A stretch of DNA of 64,000 nucleotides from NCBI GenBank assembly GCA_964252035.1, contig OZ176214.1; one strand, written 5' to 3'. Every line of letters starts with the position of its first letter. Positions within the stretch are counted from its first letter, which is position 1. Positions 22,366 through 34,764 of this stretch are shown in pieces. The translations under genes were made by a program, and so were the position numbers. The stretch comes from Podarcis erhardii. Lineage: Eukaryota. Under the pieces are notes generated by a model. It saw nothing but the letters and a program-made list of their open reading frames with translations. It had not been told where the DNA came from and did not search any database.

Positions 22366-23738
22366 GTAAGTTATTTTTAATATCCCTTTGAGAGAAAAAA
22401 ATCAGGTTTAATGAACTTCAAGCAAAAAAAAAAAAAAAAGGAAACCCCACACCTGGGCAATAAAAACATAGTGACTCAGGTTACTCTGTAGTCATAGCCT
22501 TTTCTCTTTTTTTTAAGTCCCTGATCAACAAGGACAGGTTTTACATTTTCCATGGCTCACTAATGGCTACAGGCTCCAAGTTGTCCCTGGTTTACATAAA
22601 TTAATATGTGTCATCTATGAATAGCTGCTAAATGATATTATAATCACATTCAGTGCAGAGATCTCCTAGCCTTGAGGGGGAGTGTGCCCACGCTAAAAAG
22701 ATTATGATTTTTAATTGCAATCTCTGGGAAGGTCTGACAGAGGGGAAATAACACAGAGTATGTAGGACACATGGGAATAACATTTTGCACCTATGTGCCT
22801 GGGCCCTTTCTAGCCTGTTGCTTATACATATGGAAAACGCTCCCATGTGCATGAAAAGAGCTCTGCAAGATGAGATAAGCAGTCTGCCAGACATTGGCTT
22901 CAAAGGCATCTCAGATTGTATTTACTCCATTGCTTTGGAGGCCCCATAGTTTAATGTTGCTGATAATGATGTAGAGCCCACAAAGTCTGTGGTGCCTCTC
23001 AGGGTAAGTTTATGCAAGCCCGACAGCAAGATCCTTTTCCCAGAGGATTTGCAGGAGCCAAACTACACCTTACTTTAGTTCATAGCAGTGTTTCTGCTAT
23101 GGTTTTTAAATAGCACCTGCAGAGAGGTCTGACAAGGGCCATGGTGTGCAGGGAAAGGCAATGAGCAATTTCTCCACATATCACTGTCCTGATAAAAAAT
23201 TACCACTACCACCCCACACCTTCAACATACTGTCAGCCACAGAAGGGAAGGTGCTTTGAGCATCATCTACTCCCAAACTGTACCTAGAAGTGTCTTAAGG
23301 AGTGGGTGGTGCACAATAGTCATGGTTTCTGTGGGGTTTGGATCATGCGAATGCACCCAGCACAAGTGTGAGACTTAAGGTGGTGGGGTAGGGAGTAAGA
23401 TTCAGGTGGACGGCCAACCAGCCAGACTAGATCTCCCCAACTCCATGTATTATTTATGCTCTGTTGCCTTTCTGTTTGAAATATTTTCTGAATGCATCCT
23501 TGGATTTTGCTTCAATTAGTTCCCATGGGAGCAAATTAGGCATATTAATTACATTCTGCTTGGTATTTTTGATATGTTTTATTAGTTTGCCCACCTGTGC
23601 AAAGTTACTATTTTCCCATTAAAGCTGCAGTTCTCACAGTGCAATGTAAGCCTCTTTAATGAGGCTGTTTCTACCGGGGGTCTAAATGCCTCTCTCTCCT
23701 TGCCTGGCTTACACACAGCTCTTCATTGTGGCTGCCTA

Positions 23739-23868
23739 CACACCATACATTTAAAGCACATGGTTTGCCCCAAAGAATCCTAAGAACTGCAGTTTAATAC
23801 CTCACAGAGCTACCTTTCCCAGCATCCTTAACAAACTACAGTTCCCATGATTCTTTGGAGGAAAGTTT
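23739..23868. mobile_element. Palindromic MITE family (TIR core cacaccatacatttaaagcac), probably PIF/Harbinger-derived
   Basis: The same core recurs at 29527-29890, 43313-43447, 47314-47581, 48400-48517 and 49807-50130. Some copies have TWA-like flanks and GG-starting TIRs. Confidence 0.6.
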
Positions 23869-24734
23869 GCTGCCTGAGTCTCCCTGCTTTTTGTCATGAT
23901 TGAGTTGGCACTGGAGAAAGCCCCTAGTTTTCAGTGGGCACACACCACTGAAATTATGTGTGTCAGCTTCTCAGTAGGTTGTGTATGTGTGTTGTTTGCT
24001 TCCCCAGTTATCCCAAACTTCAATTTAAATCAGATTTGTGGGACTGTAAAGTGTTTTCTGCATCCAAAACTAAGAGCTGTCACTTGTTGAGTTGTGCATC
24101 CTTACTTTGGGTTCATGGAATCTCAGAATTGTAGAGATGGAACCCCCTACAATGCAGAAATATGCAGCCATCCCATATAGAGATTGAACCTGCAATCTTG
24201 GCATTATCAGCATCATGCTGTAACCAACTTAGATACCTAGGCTGTGCCGAACCAAACTATACTTAGAGTAGACCAAATGAATTGATGCACCAACATTAAT
24301 TATGCATTGATTTCAGTGGGTCTCCTCTATGGCTAATATTGAATACAACCTTCAACCCTTATTATACTTTGGAGACATTTTCATGATACAGTGAAGCACA
24401 TTAAATTCATAGGACTATAGTGTTTGGGGGGTCATCTGTTCCAGGGGTTTTGAATTCAGAGGCACATTTAGAAATCTAAGAAACTGTTGTAGTTGCCACA
24501 AAATATTCTGAGGGGGGAAAGGTGATGCTCAGGACCCCTTCCCATTAAAAAAAAAATAAATAAAATTGAGAGAGCTAGGGACCTTGAGGGACACAGGGGG
24601 TTGTCTGAGGTGCCCATGGATGTAACATTAAGGACACCAGATTTAGTCCAACTCCTTCCCAGTTCAGGGTATACAACAAGGATGGAAGCCAGTAATTCCT
24701 GAAGGACCATACCTGGTTTATGATGCAGATTGCA

Positions 24735-24890
24735 ACTACAGCATCTCTGATATATGGACCCCGACTCTCTGCTTAAATACCTCAAATGAAAGAGAGCCCA
24801 TCGCCTTTGCTGTTGGAAATCTTTCCAGTACTTGGAAGTTTCCCTTAATGTTTAGCTGAAATCTTGCTCCTTGCCATTTCCACCCCTTGA
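24735..24890 (-). mobile_element. CR1 LINE ORF2 C-terminal fragment
   Basis: Minus frame RFQLNIKGNFQVLERFPTAKAMGSLSFEVFKQRVGVHISEML resembles the CR1 end RFxLNIRKNFLTVR...GSPSLEVFKQRLDxHL. Confidence 0.7.
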
Positions 24891-25415
24891 CTGTACTGCT
24901 GCATTCTGAGGCAACAAAAGGACTGGTCTGCTCTGTTTCCTTTACTGACCTCCCTCCACACTGTCTGTTAGCATAGACAGACTGGCCAAAAGCATTGGCA
25001 GGTGTAGCCAATGGGCATAACTGGTTTACGTTCATTGATTTCAGCAGGTCTACTCTAACTGGGTTGAATACAACCCATTGAAACATGGGGAGCTGCTTCA
25101 CAGAACACTGGTCCATCTAATTCAGTGTTCCTAGTTCAGTGTTGTTCACACTGACTGGCAGCGACTCTCCAGAGTTTTTCAGAAGAGGGCATTCCAAACC
25201 CAGGATGTCCAAGCATCCCATGACAACTAATTGTGCACTCCAGAATGTGCCACAGAATACCTGGCCAGTTTCTTGAGTTTCATTCTGGAAAGCACATGCA
25301 AAGGTTTCCCTAAGATGATGATGATTGTTGTTGTTAGTAATAATAACTACCGGTACTTCAGTGTAGCAGTAGGAAAATGCTATGCTAGAAGACATGCCTT
25401 TTGTAGAAAAACAAA

Positions 25416-25478
<63 letters not shown>
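25416..25478. repeat. Compound (GT)n(GA)n microsatellite
   Basis: Direct reading. Confidence 0.95.
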
Positions 25479-25480
<2 letters not shown>

Positions 25481-26307
25481 AAGAAATGAAGGCTCAGCTT
25501 GTGTGGGGGAAGTAGGCTCCCCCCCCCAATGCTGTCACTTCTGTTGTATTTTCAAACATCATCAAAAATTCCCCTTGAATGTTAATCTTCTTCAGCTGCG
25601 CTCAGCAGTGTTTAGTCGCTTCCATTGTCACCACAAGTGAAAGATGCCCATATTCCTTCTAGCATATGTGACTTATCACATACATTTTTAAAAACAGGGT
25701 TCACTTATTAAGACATATGTGATAGTATACTTCTGGAAATGTGAATGGCTGTTGGCTTAAAGCCACGCACTAATAAGTTGAATTGAATCTAACTACAGTT
25801 GACATCTGCTACAATATGAAAGGGAGGGGGGTGGATGAAAGAAAGGTTCTCAGTTGTCATTAGTGTAAAAAATATTCTCTGCACTTACATGTTGCTGACA
25901 TCATGGCTGTCTGCTAGAATCAGATTTCATTCAATGTTAAGGAATCGTTTAACACTGGGTTTGGGTTTTGAAGCTTTGCAGGAGTACAAAGGAAGTTCTT
26001 TGAAGGGGCGGCATCAGGATTGATGTGAAAATTAAGCACTTCTCCCACTTCCTTAGAGTAGTGTTTGAACCTGGCCACATACTTTGATCAGGATGTTCAG
26101 GCATTGGGGGCTGCTGTGTCTACGACTTCAAGGAACAGGGACTTTTTGGTAGTGGCACCCAAACAGGGCAATACTTCGCTGCAAACGAGTCAGTTAACCT
26201 CGTCATTCTGTGGCCACTTTCACATGCCATGCAAAGCTGTAAACCAGTCCTTGCCTACCTGGTGCCCTCCAAAGGTCTTGGACTACAATTCCCTTCAGCC
26301 TCGACTG

Positions 26308-26627
26308 CAGACCCTCCAAGTGTCCCTGTTTTCCAGGGACGCCCCTTATTTAGAGAAGCCATTCCGGTTTCTGATTTGATCCTGGAATGTCCTGCTTTTC
26401 ATGGGAGAAATGTTGAAGGGTATGGAGTTATCCGACCCCAGAGCTGTCTGAAGACAATCCTATATAGTGAAGTTTTAAAAAAATGTTTAATGTTTTATTA
26501 TGTTTTTATATATGTTGGCAGCAGAGTGGCTGGGGCAACCCAGTCAGATGTGTGGGGTATAAATAGTAAAATTATCATTATGGAATGAGACGTCCCTATT
26601 TTCATCAGAGAAATGTTGGAGGGTATG
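26308..26627 (+). mobile_element. Composite MITE carrying an internal L2 3' UTR fragment
   Basis: Left end CAGACCCTCCAA. The right end TTG(A/G)AGGGTATG occurs twice (ending 26424 and 26627). The intervening sequence matches the L2 tail at about 250-375. Confidence 0.7.
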
Positions 26628-26902
26628 CAACTAGCATAAACTGTGCTTTTGAAAGATGTAAGATCAGTGGCTGCCAGCACCGATGACTACGTTCTACCTC
26701 CCATGCTGGAGGCAGTATGCCTCTGAATGCCAACTGCTGACAGAAAGAGCAGACTGTTCTTATTCTCTTATGTCATGGTGGAGAATTTCAGTAAGCCACT
26801 TTATCTCATTCCTCATTTTCAAGTATCTGCTGCTTTTATGGCTGGCTGACTTATTGGCTATTTCTATAATTAGTTTTTATGGTGGCTTATTGTTTGAATG
26901 AG

Positions 26903-27256
26903 GGGACACGGGTGGTGCTGTGGGTTAAACCACAGAGCCCAGGACTTGCCAATCAGAAGGTCGGCGGTTCAAATCCCCGCGATGGGGTGAGCGCCCGTTG
27001 CTCGGTCCCTGCTCCTGCCAACCTAGCAGTTCGAAAGCACGTCAAAGTGCAAGTAGATAAATAGGTACTGCTCCGGCGGGAAGGTAAACGGTGTTTCCGT
27101 GCGCTGCTCTGGTTTGCCAGAAGCTACTTGGTCATGCTGGCCACATGACCCGGAAGCTGTACACCGGCTCCCTCGGCCTATAGAGCAAGATGAGTGCCAC
27201 ATCCCCAGAGTTGGCCACAACTGGACCTAATGGTCAGGGGTCCCTTTACCTTTACC
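26903..27256 (+). mobile_element. Full-length Sauria SINE (Squam1) with 15-bp TSD
   Basis: GGGACACGGGTGGTGCTGTGG head, B box GGTTCAAATCC, Bov-B-type (ACCTTT)n tail. TSD TATTGTTTGAATGAG at 26888-26902 and 27257-27271. Confidence 0.95.
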
Positions 27257-27869
27257 TATTGTTTGAATGAGTATGGGGAACATAGGAATTTGCCCTTTTC
27301 TGAATCCGAACCCCGGGCTTTCTTGTGCTGCGACAACTCCTTGGTTTGCCATTGAGTTGCTTCAATCTTAGGATCTTGTAGGCAAGTAAATGTTCTGATC
27401 CAATAGTAGGATACACTCATATAGCTCTTTCTCATGCAGCAAAAAATGACCAGGCATGTCTCAACCTTGCTAGATCCTTCTACAGAAAGCCCAAGGCCTC
27501 AGGGGACTTTGCAAAGCTGGTAGTACTTCCAAATGATTTGATAACCCCTACAGGACAATCAAGCAGACCAATTAATTTAATATATATTTCTATGTGTTGT
27601 GTTGTGTTTTTTTTTTTTAAAAAAAAATCCTGTTAATAGAGATAGGTCTTTGTATCCCTCTGGAACCAGGCAACGTGGATAGGCAACATTATTTTGCTAA
27701 CCAGGGAGCACTTAGAATACTAGAGAGCCATCCTTGCCTCTTGTCCGTTTCTTTGTGACAAGGTAATGAAGGTTAAGGGTAAAAATAACCACCCCTTTTT
27801 GGCTGGAACTGCAATAGCACAAGCTGGCTGCTACTGAAAACTGTGTTTGCTGTATTTCTTTAACTTGTT

Positions 27870-28058
27870 TTTATGGAGGATAAATCTATCAATGGCTACC
27901 GGCCATGATGAGTATGCTCTGAATCCAAAGGAGGGTAGAGTGCTCTTGCACTTGCAGATTTCGCACAGGTATCAGCTACCTGGGTGGCCACTATGAGAAG
28001 CAGATGTTGGACTAGATGGGCCTTTGGCTTGATCCAGCAGAGATCTTCTTTGGTTCTT
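27870..28058 (+). mobile_element. CR1-type 3' UTR/tail fragment
   Basis: atggaggataaatctatcaatggctac...gttggactagatgggcctttggcttgatccagcag...ggttctt. Confidence 0.6.
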
Positions 28059-28734
28059 GAAACAGCATCTTTTTTCTTTCTTTTTCTTTACCCCTTGTTA
28101 TTCCTGCAAAGAGATTTTAGAAAGAAAGGCGGGGGCAGAGAAAGCAGATCATCAAGTCTTTTTGTGACTGTAGGCAAAACATTCTACTATCAGAAGATTC
28201 CCACTAGAGATAGAAGAATGGTCAATAGAGTTAATCAATTGAATATTGTTTCTCCACCCCACCCAGCTCAGCTTCAGATGCCAATATAGCCATGGTTGTC
28301 TGTGATAATTTGGTCTTAGCTTTAGTCAATTTGCCATTGATTTACACTACAGTTGGGTGGCTGTTGTTTTTTGAAGGATGTTTTGCAAAGCAAATGGCAC
28401 TAAGGGTGTTTAACTGGGTTAAGTGGACCAAAGCAATGACAAGAGAATGTTGGGCCAAGGCTGCAAGACCTCAAAGAAGCGACTTCTGTTTCTCCCTATT
28501 TCTCATTTTCCCAGTCTTAGGTTCAATTCACTCCTAGTATACTCATTTTTGTATGCAAATTTGCCCCATATGCAGATTTTTGCAAGCACTTTTCGCAAAT
28601 ATAATACATTTCTGAATACAATACAATGTTATTTTCACTAATATATATGCATTTTAACGCACATAGTTTCATAAATGCAGAATATTCTGCAACATGTTTT
28701 GCATAATATTTAGTTTATCCATCAGTTTATGGAG

Positions 28735-28851
28735 TTGCAGCTCATGTTAGTTCTACTCAGAGTAGATCCACTGGAATTAATGGAGATGTATAACTTGGGT
28801 TCGTTCACTTCAGTGGGTCTACACTGTGTAGAACGTAGTTGGATACAACCC
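28735..28851. repeat. About 115-bp hairpin repeat (nested palindromes, end motif gttggatacaac)
   Basis: 28751-28773 pairs with 28811-28833 (20/23). Related copies at about 24249-24350 and 34086-34197, half-copies at 25030-25076 and 47270-47312. Confidence 0.6.
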
Positions 28852-29526
28852 AAGTAAAGCGAAGAGTTTGTCTTCACTAGTTACACAAGAAACAGATGTA
28901 AAGCAAACATGAAGTTGCACCAGATCCAAACCCCATTCAACAGCAGGGATACTGCTTTGTCCAAACAGGGCAAAACAATCCTTTAAAAGAATACTTTTTG
29001 CTGGGTTGCTAATTCATACAGAGAAGGATTTAGGGCACTGTGACCAGTTCTACCGCACGGGGAAAGGGAGCAGCTTCCCAAAATTTGTAAGCACTGAGAC
29101 ATGAGAGCTCTAGGACCCTGCAAGAGCCTCACATCTTCTCAAAGCCCAGTGACTCCCTTTGGGAAGGCAGCATGAGGGCTGGATATCAAATTTTGGCCTC
29201 ACTCAGGACATCACATGGCCAAACTGAATGGGCTTAGGATCCAACCTAATTTCACACACCCAGTCCCAGCCCTGCCACAGCTGTTTTGGTTGACATTCAT
29301 GGGCCTCGGCTCAGGTAGCTGAGCTCCATCTAAACTGGGATGAGCAAGATTGCAGTGGCGTAACTTTTGCAGAGCCAGGATTGGGGACTTAACTTCAATT
29401 GATCCTGCAAGCAACCAGCTGAGCTGGATCTTGCTAGGCGATTGCCCCCTCAGTCTTTTCTTGTGGAAACATTGAAGCACATCTGAAATTGCAATACTAT
29501 TCCACACAAACACACACATACACTGA

Positions 29527-29890
29527 GGTTGTGTACATACCATACATTTAAAGCACACATAAACACAAAGACTCATGGGAACTGCAGTTTGCCCTTCGCA
29601 GATCTACAGTGCTCAGCACTCTTAGCAAGCTAAAATTCCCAGGATTCTTTGGGAGAAGCAGTGATTTCTTTTCTGGGGGTACGCAGTGGTACACATATCC
29701 CTAAACATTTTGTGAATCTTTGTACTTTTGTCCATTTACTGTATTTATTTTCCCCGATTTGAACTATAAAATGGTGATTTTCTTGAGTCAAAATGAGAGT
29801 ACCCCCTAAACATTTTTTTAGGGGGGGGGAAGCACTGGGGAGAAGATATGTGCTTTAAATGCTCTTGAAATGTATGGTGTGTACACCACC
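29527..29890. mobile_element. Harbinger-like palindromic MITE interrupted by a hAT MITE
   Basis: Ends ggttgtgtacataccatacat and atgtatggtgtgtacaccacc are inverted; flanks are tga and tta. Confidence 0.65.
29659..29837. mobile_element. hAT-type MITE with 8-bp TSD
   Basis: Ends CAGTGATTTC...GAAGCACTG. TSD GGGAGAAG at 29651-29658 and 29838-29845. Confidence 0.85.
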
Positions 29891-30631
29891 TTACTCAGTG
29901 AAATCTGCTTGCATGTGTATCTCAACAAGAAGCTTTCACCTTTGCCTTAAAAGTCTAGCAATTCTATGTCAACAACTTTTATATTTGCATGAAAAAGTGA
30001 ATGAACATTATATTGTGTTTCCTTACATTATAATTAATAAGTAGGGTTAGAAATATATGTAGATTTCCTTTCCCTCCCCTCATCTCCTCCCCACTTCCAT
30101 TTAGGGTCAACTAATACAAAAGAAAGAGGAGAAACTAGCTAAATGTTTCAAAGGATAATAGCACAGCAAGGTTAATTTTGCTTCGTGCAGCATTTCCAAC
30201 AATTGAATTGCCTCTTATCCACCCTCCAGGGTCGCTCCTGCGCTAGCAATAATTGAGGCTGATTTTATTGGAAAATCACCTCTGGATGAGAAACATACTC
30301 TAGAGGAAACAATGCATGGGAACAAATTGGCTTTCTGGTGCCAGGGCCATGTTGGGCTGGCCAGCAGAGCTCTAGCTCCCAATCTGTCTGTGCGTTCATG
30401 CAACAAATTCATTAACAACCCTTCTGGTGGGGTGGAAGACTCGCCATATTTGAAATGTTTGCTTTTGAATTGTTTTTATTTATTTTTTTCCCTCCAGAAG
30501 TTGTCAGATAAGAGTTTAGTGAACAAACTCCGCTTCTTCATAATATTGCTTCCTTTTTTGAATAATAATAATAATGATGATGATGATGATGTGTTAATTC
30601 TGGTCAGGAAGTTGCAGATAATATTAATTTA

Positions 30632-30960
30632 TTGATTTATTATTATATTTATATCCTGCCCTTCCTCTACAAGGAGCCTAGGGTGGCAAACAGATATGCA
30701 GTTAAAAAGTGAAAAGCAAAAATAGATTAAAACACTGTTCTTCAGCCAACAAATTCCTGGGTAAGCAGGAATGTTTATGAATTCCTCCTGCAAGTTGATA
30801 ATGATGGTGACAGGTTCACATTCCACAACCCAGGGACCCAACACCGAAAAGGCCCTGCTGTGGATTGGTTCACCAACCAGACAGCCTTTGCTGGGGGCAT
30901 CACCAACAAGGCTTCCCCTCCTGATCTGAGTCTGAGATGGTTTGTACTGGGGAGGGCACC
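30632..30960 (-). mobile_element. Degenerate L2 3' fragment
   Basis: Minus frame contains SRAFSVLGPW. The tail ends gcaggatataaatataataata. Confidence 0.55.
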
Positions 30961-32050
30961 CTTTTAGGCAGCTTGTACCAGAAAATATACTGGCGCAGAG
31001 AATGGCAACCTTTAGGAAGAGTGCTAGTGGACACATTTAAATAGTAGTTCTTTGGGTGCCAGTCACAAAATGGCTGCTCTGGAGGAGGAGCATGGCAGAA
31101 CATAAAATAGTAGCCAAATCTTGAAGGAGCAGAAAAAGGCAGGATCAAGAAAGGTGCAGATTTGCCCACCATCACCGATCAAGTTACTCCATCAGTGGAG
31201 GAAAGGGTACATACACCAGTCACTGCCATGCTTGCTCATAGTGAGAAACTCTTTATACATCTCTGTTAAGAAGTGACAGGAGGGAACAGGTCCAGTCCCA
31301 CCACCCAGTAAAATGTTGGCAAGTTTAAGGGTGTGTGGTCAGTACAGGAGAAGCTCAGCCAAACAGGAAGTGAGAGGAAGTACAACCACTTTTCCCTTGC
31401 AATGTGAACTGTTGAGGGAATATTACCTGTGACCTTTTGTGGACCTGGGAGGGGATGCCTATGGCTACAGTAGCATCCATAGAAGCCACGTTGGCAACGC
31501 CTGGCTTTGAATGTTGGAGCTGGGCCCATGAGGGCTGCGTCCAAATCCCAGCTCGCCATGACACTCTCTGGGGCACTTTGTGCTATCCACACACACTCCT
31601 CCTTTCCTGCTTCTCAGGGTTGTTGTGAGGGTAGAATAAGAGTTGCCCTTCTGCCCCACAACCCTGGCTCATTGGGGGAAGGGTAGATTGAGAAATGTGG
31701 GAAATGCTTCACATAATGCTTGGTTGTGGGTAGTCCAGGGAATGGGCTGGGTTTGGGTGCAGGAGTTATGTGGCCCCAGGATCTGGGCTAAGGAGAATCT
31801 AGCAGGCAAGGGAGGAAACATGTGGGTCATGAGTCCTACAGGGCAGGCACATGCTGGTGGAAGGGATGGTGGTTGATGAGGAACAGCAGAGCAGAATCTG
31901 GCAGATGGAATCCCTCCCTGCTCCAGGTGGGCTTTGATGGTGAGGCAGGAGTTCCAGCTGCTCTTTTCCCTATGGTGGAGGAGATAGTGTTGCCAGAATC
32001 AGGGTGTTGATACACAGCCTAGGGTGGCTGGACAGGATTCAGAGGGCAAG

Positions 32051-32493
32051 GAGTGGCAGATGCAGCTGATGGACTATATGCAACTGGCCGAGATGACCGG
32101 CAGAATCCATGATCTGGGAGAAGAGAAGATGGAGGAAGACTGGGAGAAATTTAAGATGTATCTACAAAAACATTGTAATTTGGTTGAATGTTAAGAAGGA
32201 TGCTAGATTATAAAAAATTGGCCACCACTAAACTAGATTTAAATTTGATGATAAGTGAGACTAAAGAAAATATAAAAATTTTTTGGAAGAAGTGCTAGAT
32301 TATATTTGAATGAGTGGACATGAGATTGTAAACAAGTTGATAATTTGTTTGGAAAAAATTTCTAACGATGTAAATGGGAGCGGGAGACGTGAGGGAGTCC
32401 AAAGAAGTGTTGAAATTGTTGTAAAAGAAGTAAGATTGTTTATTATGTGCATTTATATTTAAAAACCTTAATAAATATTTATATAAAAAAAAA
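32051..32493 (+). mobile_element. 5'-truncated LINE-1 (ORF2 C-terminus, 3' UTR, poly(A)) with 16-17 bp TSD
   Basis: EWQMQLMDYMQLAEMTGRIHDLGEEKMEEDWEKFKMYLQKHCNLVEC* resembles non-mammalian L1 ORF2 ends. AATAAA at 32470, then an A-tail. TSD (A)GGATTCAGAGGGCAAG at 32034-32050 and 32494-32510. Confidence 0.85.
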
Positions 32494-33107
32494 AGGATTC
32501 AGAGGGCAAGAAGAGAAGAGACACAGCAACTTAGACATAGCACACACCCTCAAGCAAGACATAGCTGCAGAAATTGCACTCCTCAGAGGTTAACGCACCT
32601 CACCTAGGTTTAAAAGCTTGACAGTTGGGCAAGACAAGCATTGCAAAACTCTGCAGCTTCCATACAACACTAACCACCTTGTCTGTGACTCTTCAACCTT
32701 GGTCCTGGCTTTTAGGCTGGGCTATTTTCTGCTCCTTGTGGCTTTATACAAGTTCTGGAACTTGAATAGCTCGGTGCTTACTACTGAAGTTGTATCGCTG
32801 TTCTGCTTTAACAAGGATCTCTGCCTCACAAGTAAGAGCCCCTGTCATCATGTTTTTGGGCAGGAGCAGGACACCCTGTTACAATTGACATAGCTGTCAA
32901 GGGCACCTGTTGCTCTCGTAAAGTCCTAACCTGGAGGCTTTTGTAACAGTACCAAGTCAGAAGAAACCAATGGGATACATGGGCAAAGGGGAGTTACCCT
33001 GGAACCTGCGAGAACATCACAACCTTGGGACGTTAGGAACTTCTCAATCTGTTGCCTGAGTAGCCCACTCCAAGAGGCAAGCAGAAAGAAACAGATTCGG
33101 ACACACG

Positions 33108-33108
<1 letters not shown>

Positions 33109-33140
<32 letters not shown>
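33109..33140. repeat. (AC)n microsatellite
   Basis: Direct reading. Confidence 0.95.
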
Positions 33141-33142
<2 letters not shown>

Positions 33143-34764
33143 AGTTCAAGTGTCAACAACTCTTGTCAATAATGTTAGATAATGATTAAAGGCCCAATGA
33201 AGAAGAACAAATAAAGACAGTATTACAGCTTAGGAGCAGAGGAATTTGTAAATTCCTCCATTGTTGTGTTGTTCTCCTTCTTCTCTTCCCTTTCACTTTC
33301 TGTCTTTCCCTATTGGGCATCAAAGTCTTTGTAGAGTCATGTAATTCACACTTTCCTTATTCAGGTATTGGCTCATCCATCAGGTCCTGCCAGCTGGTGA
33401 GTCTTTTTAATTATAGGAGTTGGCTGCCTGGACAGCACTGTGCATTGACTAAGGGACCTACATTCAGGTACATACACAGATTACCCAGACCATGCCAGGA
33501 GGAAAAGTAAGCATGCTGCAAATAGAGTGCCTTATGTCCCTGAAGCCAGATAGAAAGCAGACCTGGAGCTTGTGTCTGTGCCTTTGCTGACCATGGAATG
33601 GAAGGGCTTAATGATGAGGTCTAAAAGGGCTGATTCAGGCAGATGAGGCTGAAGATGGCAGAAAATCAGAGCTATTTTTTAAAGCAAGGGAGATCTCTGA
33701 TAATCCTTACCCTCTCAGAGTCAGCTATAATAAAAATGTCAGAAGGCTAGGACAGCCACTTTCAACTATACTTTTTTTTTTCCTACAAAGAGGGCTGAAA
33801 AAGGATTTCTAATTTTCCTTGAAAACTCACAAAGGATAACAAATACATCATCCCACATTTAAATCATCAAGGATAACAACAAAATAAAAATATAGTAATA
33901 ACTTTCTCTATCTCATTATCTGTCGCTTTGAATTCTAAGAGTGCAGTTCATTGGTGCAGTTCATTGATTTGTTCATGAATTGGAAATAAGTAGTTGTTTT
34001 ATTTGAGATGGAGCTCGTTTCCTACAAATCATAGAAGCAGTTTACCCCAATCTAAATTCTGGAAGGTGAGGAGAAATGTAATGAATTGTATCTAGTGCTA
34101 GTCTTCCTCAGAGTAGACCCAATGAAAATAATGAACATGGCCAACTATTAACTTAAATGGGTACCACTCCTTAAGTACAGCTCAGGTGGATACAACTTAC
34201 AATGCATATAAGCCAGAGGAAAACACATCTACCTTCTTAAACAGACACACACACCTGCCTCTTTAGATACACAAATAACTTGGATGTTCTCAAAAATGCT
34301 TTGGGGCCCTGTAATAAGCTTGCTGTGCTTTGTACTGCAGAGCAGTCACAGCTCAGTTCCCAGGGAATGTCAATGAGATGATTATATATATATCAAGCTC
34401 CCTGTGTCAGTCAAAGGCAGCTGAATCTCACATAAAATTAGTGTGGACCACACTCCCTTCGTTTCAGTTTACAGTAACCAGTGCCATGATGTGTAGCAGC
34501 TCCTCCACAGTAAGAGTCAGATTTGCCTTCCAAGTTAATAAAAAACAAAAAGGAAGGGAAAGATCCTGTTCATCTGTTATGTCCAAGCAGGAAATATACA
34601 ACCGCCTTAGGGTCACAGAGTCATGCATCCTACCTATGCCCCCAAGTTCCTTGCATGTATCAGCCTCACCTTCTCTTTCCCATGCTGATGTTGGGATGGA
34701 TAAATATGCCAACTTTAGTTTCTCTCCATTTCTCAGCTTTCCAGTCTTAAAGTCCAGTTCATCA

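Noticed and set aside
31738-31757. Canonical G-quadruplex motifs (also 1088-1107 and GGGA runs near 55173 and 60809)
   Set aside because: They are common in vertebrate DNA, and nothing in the context indicates function.
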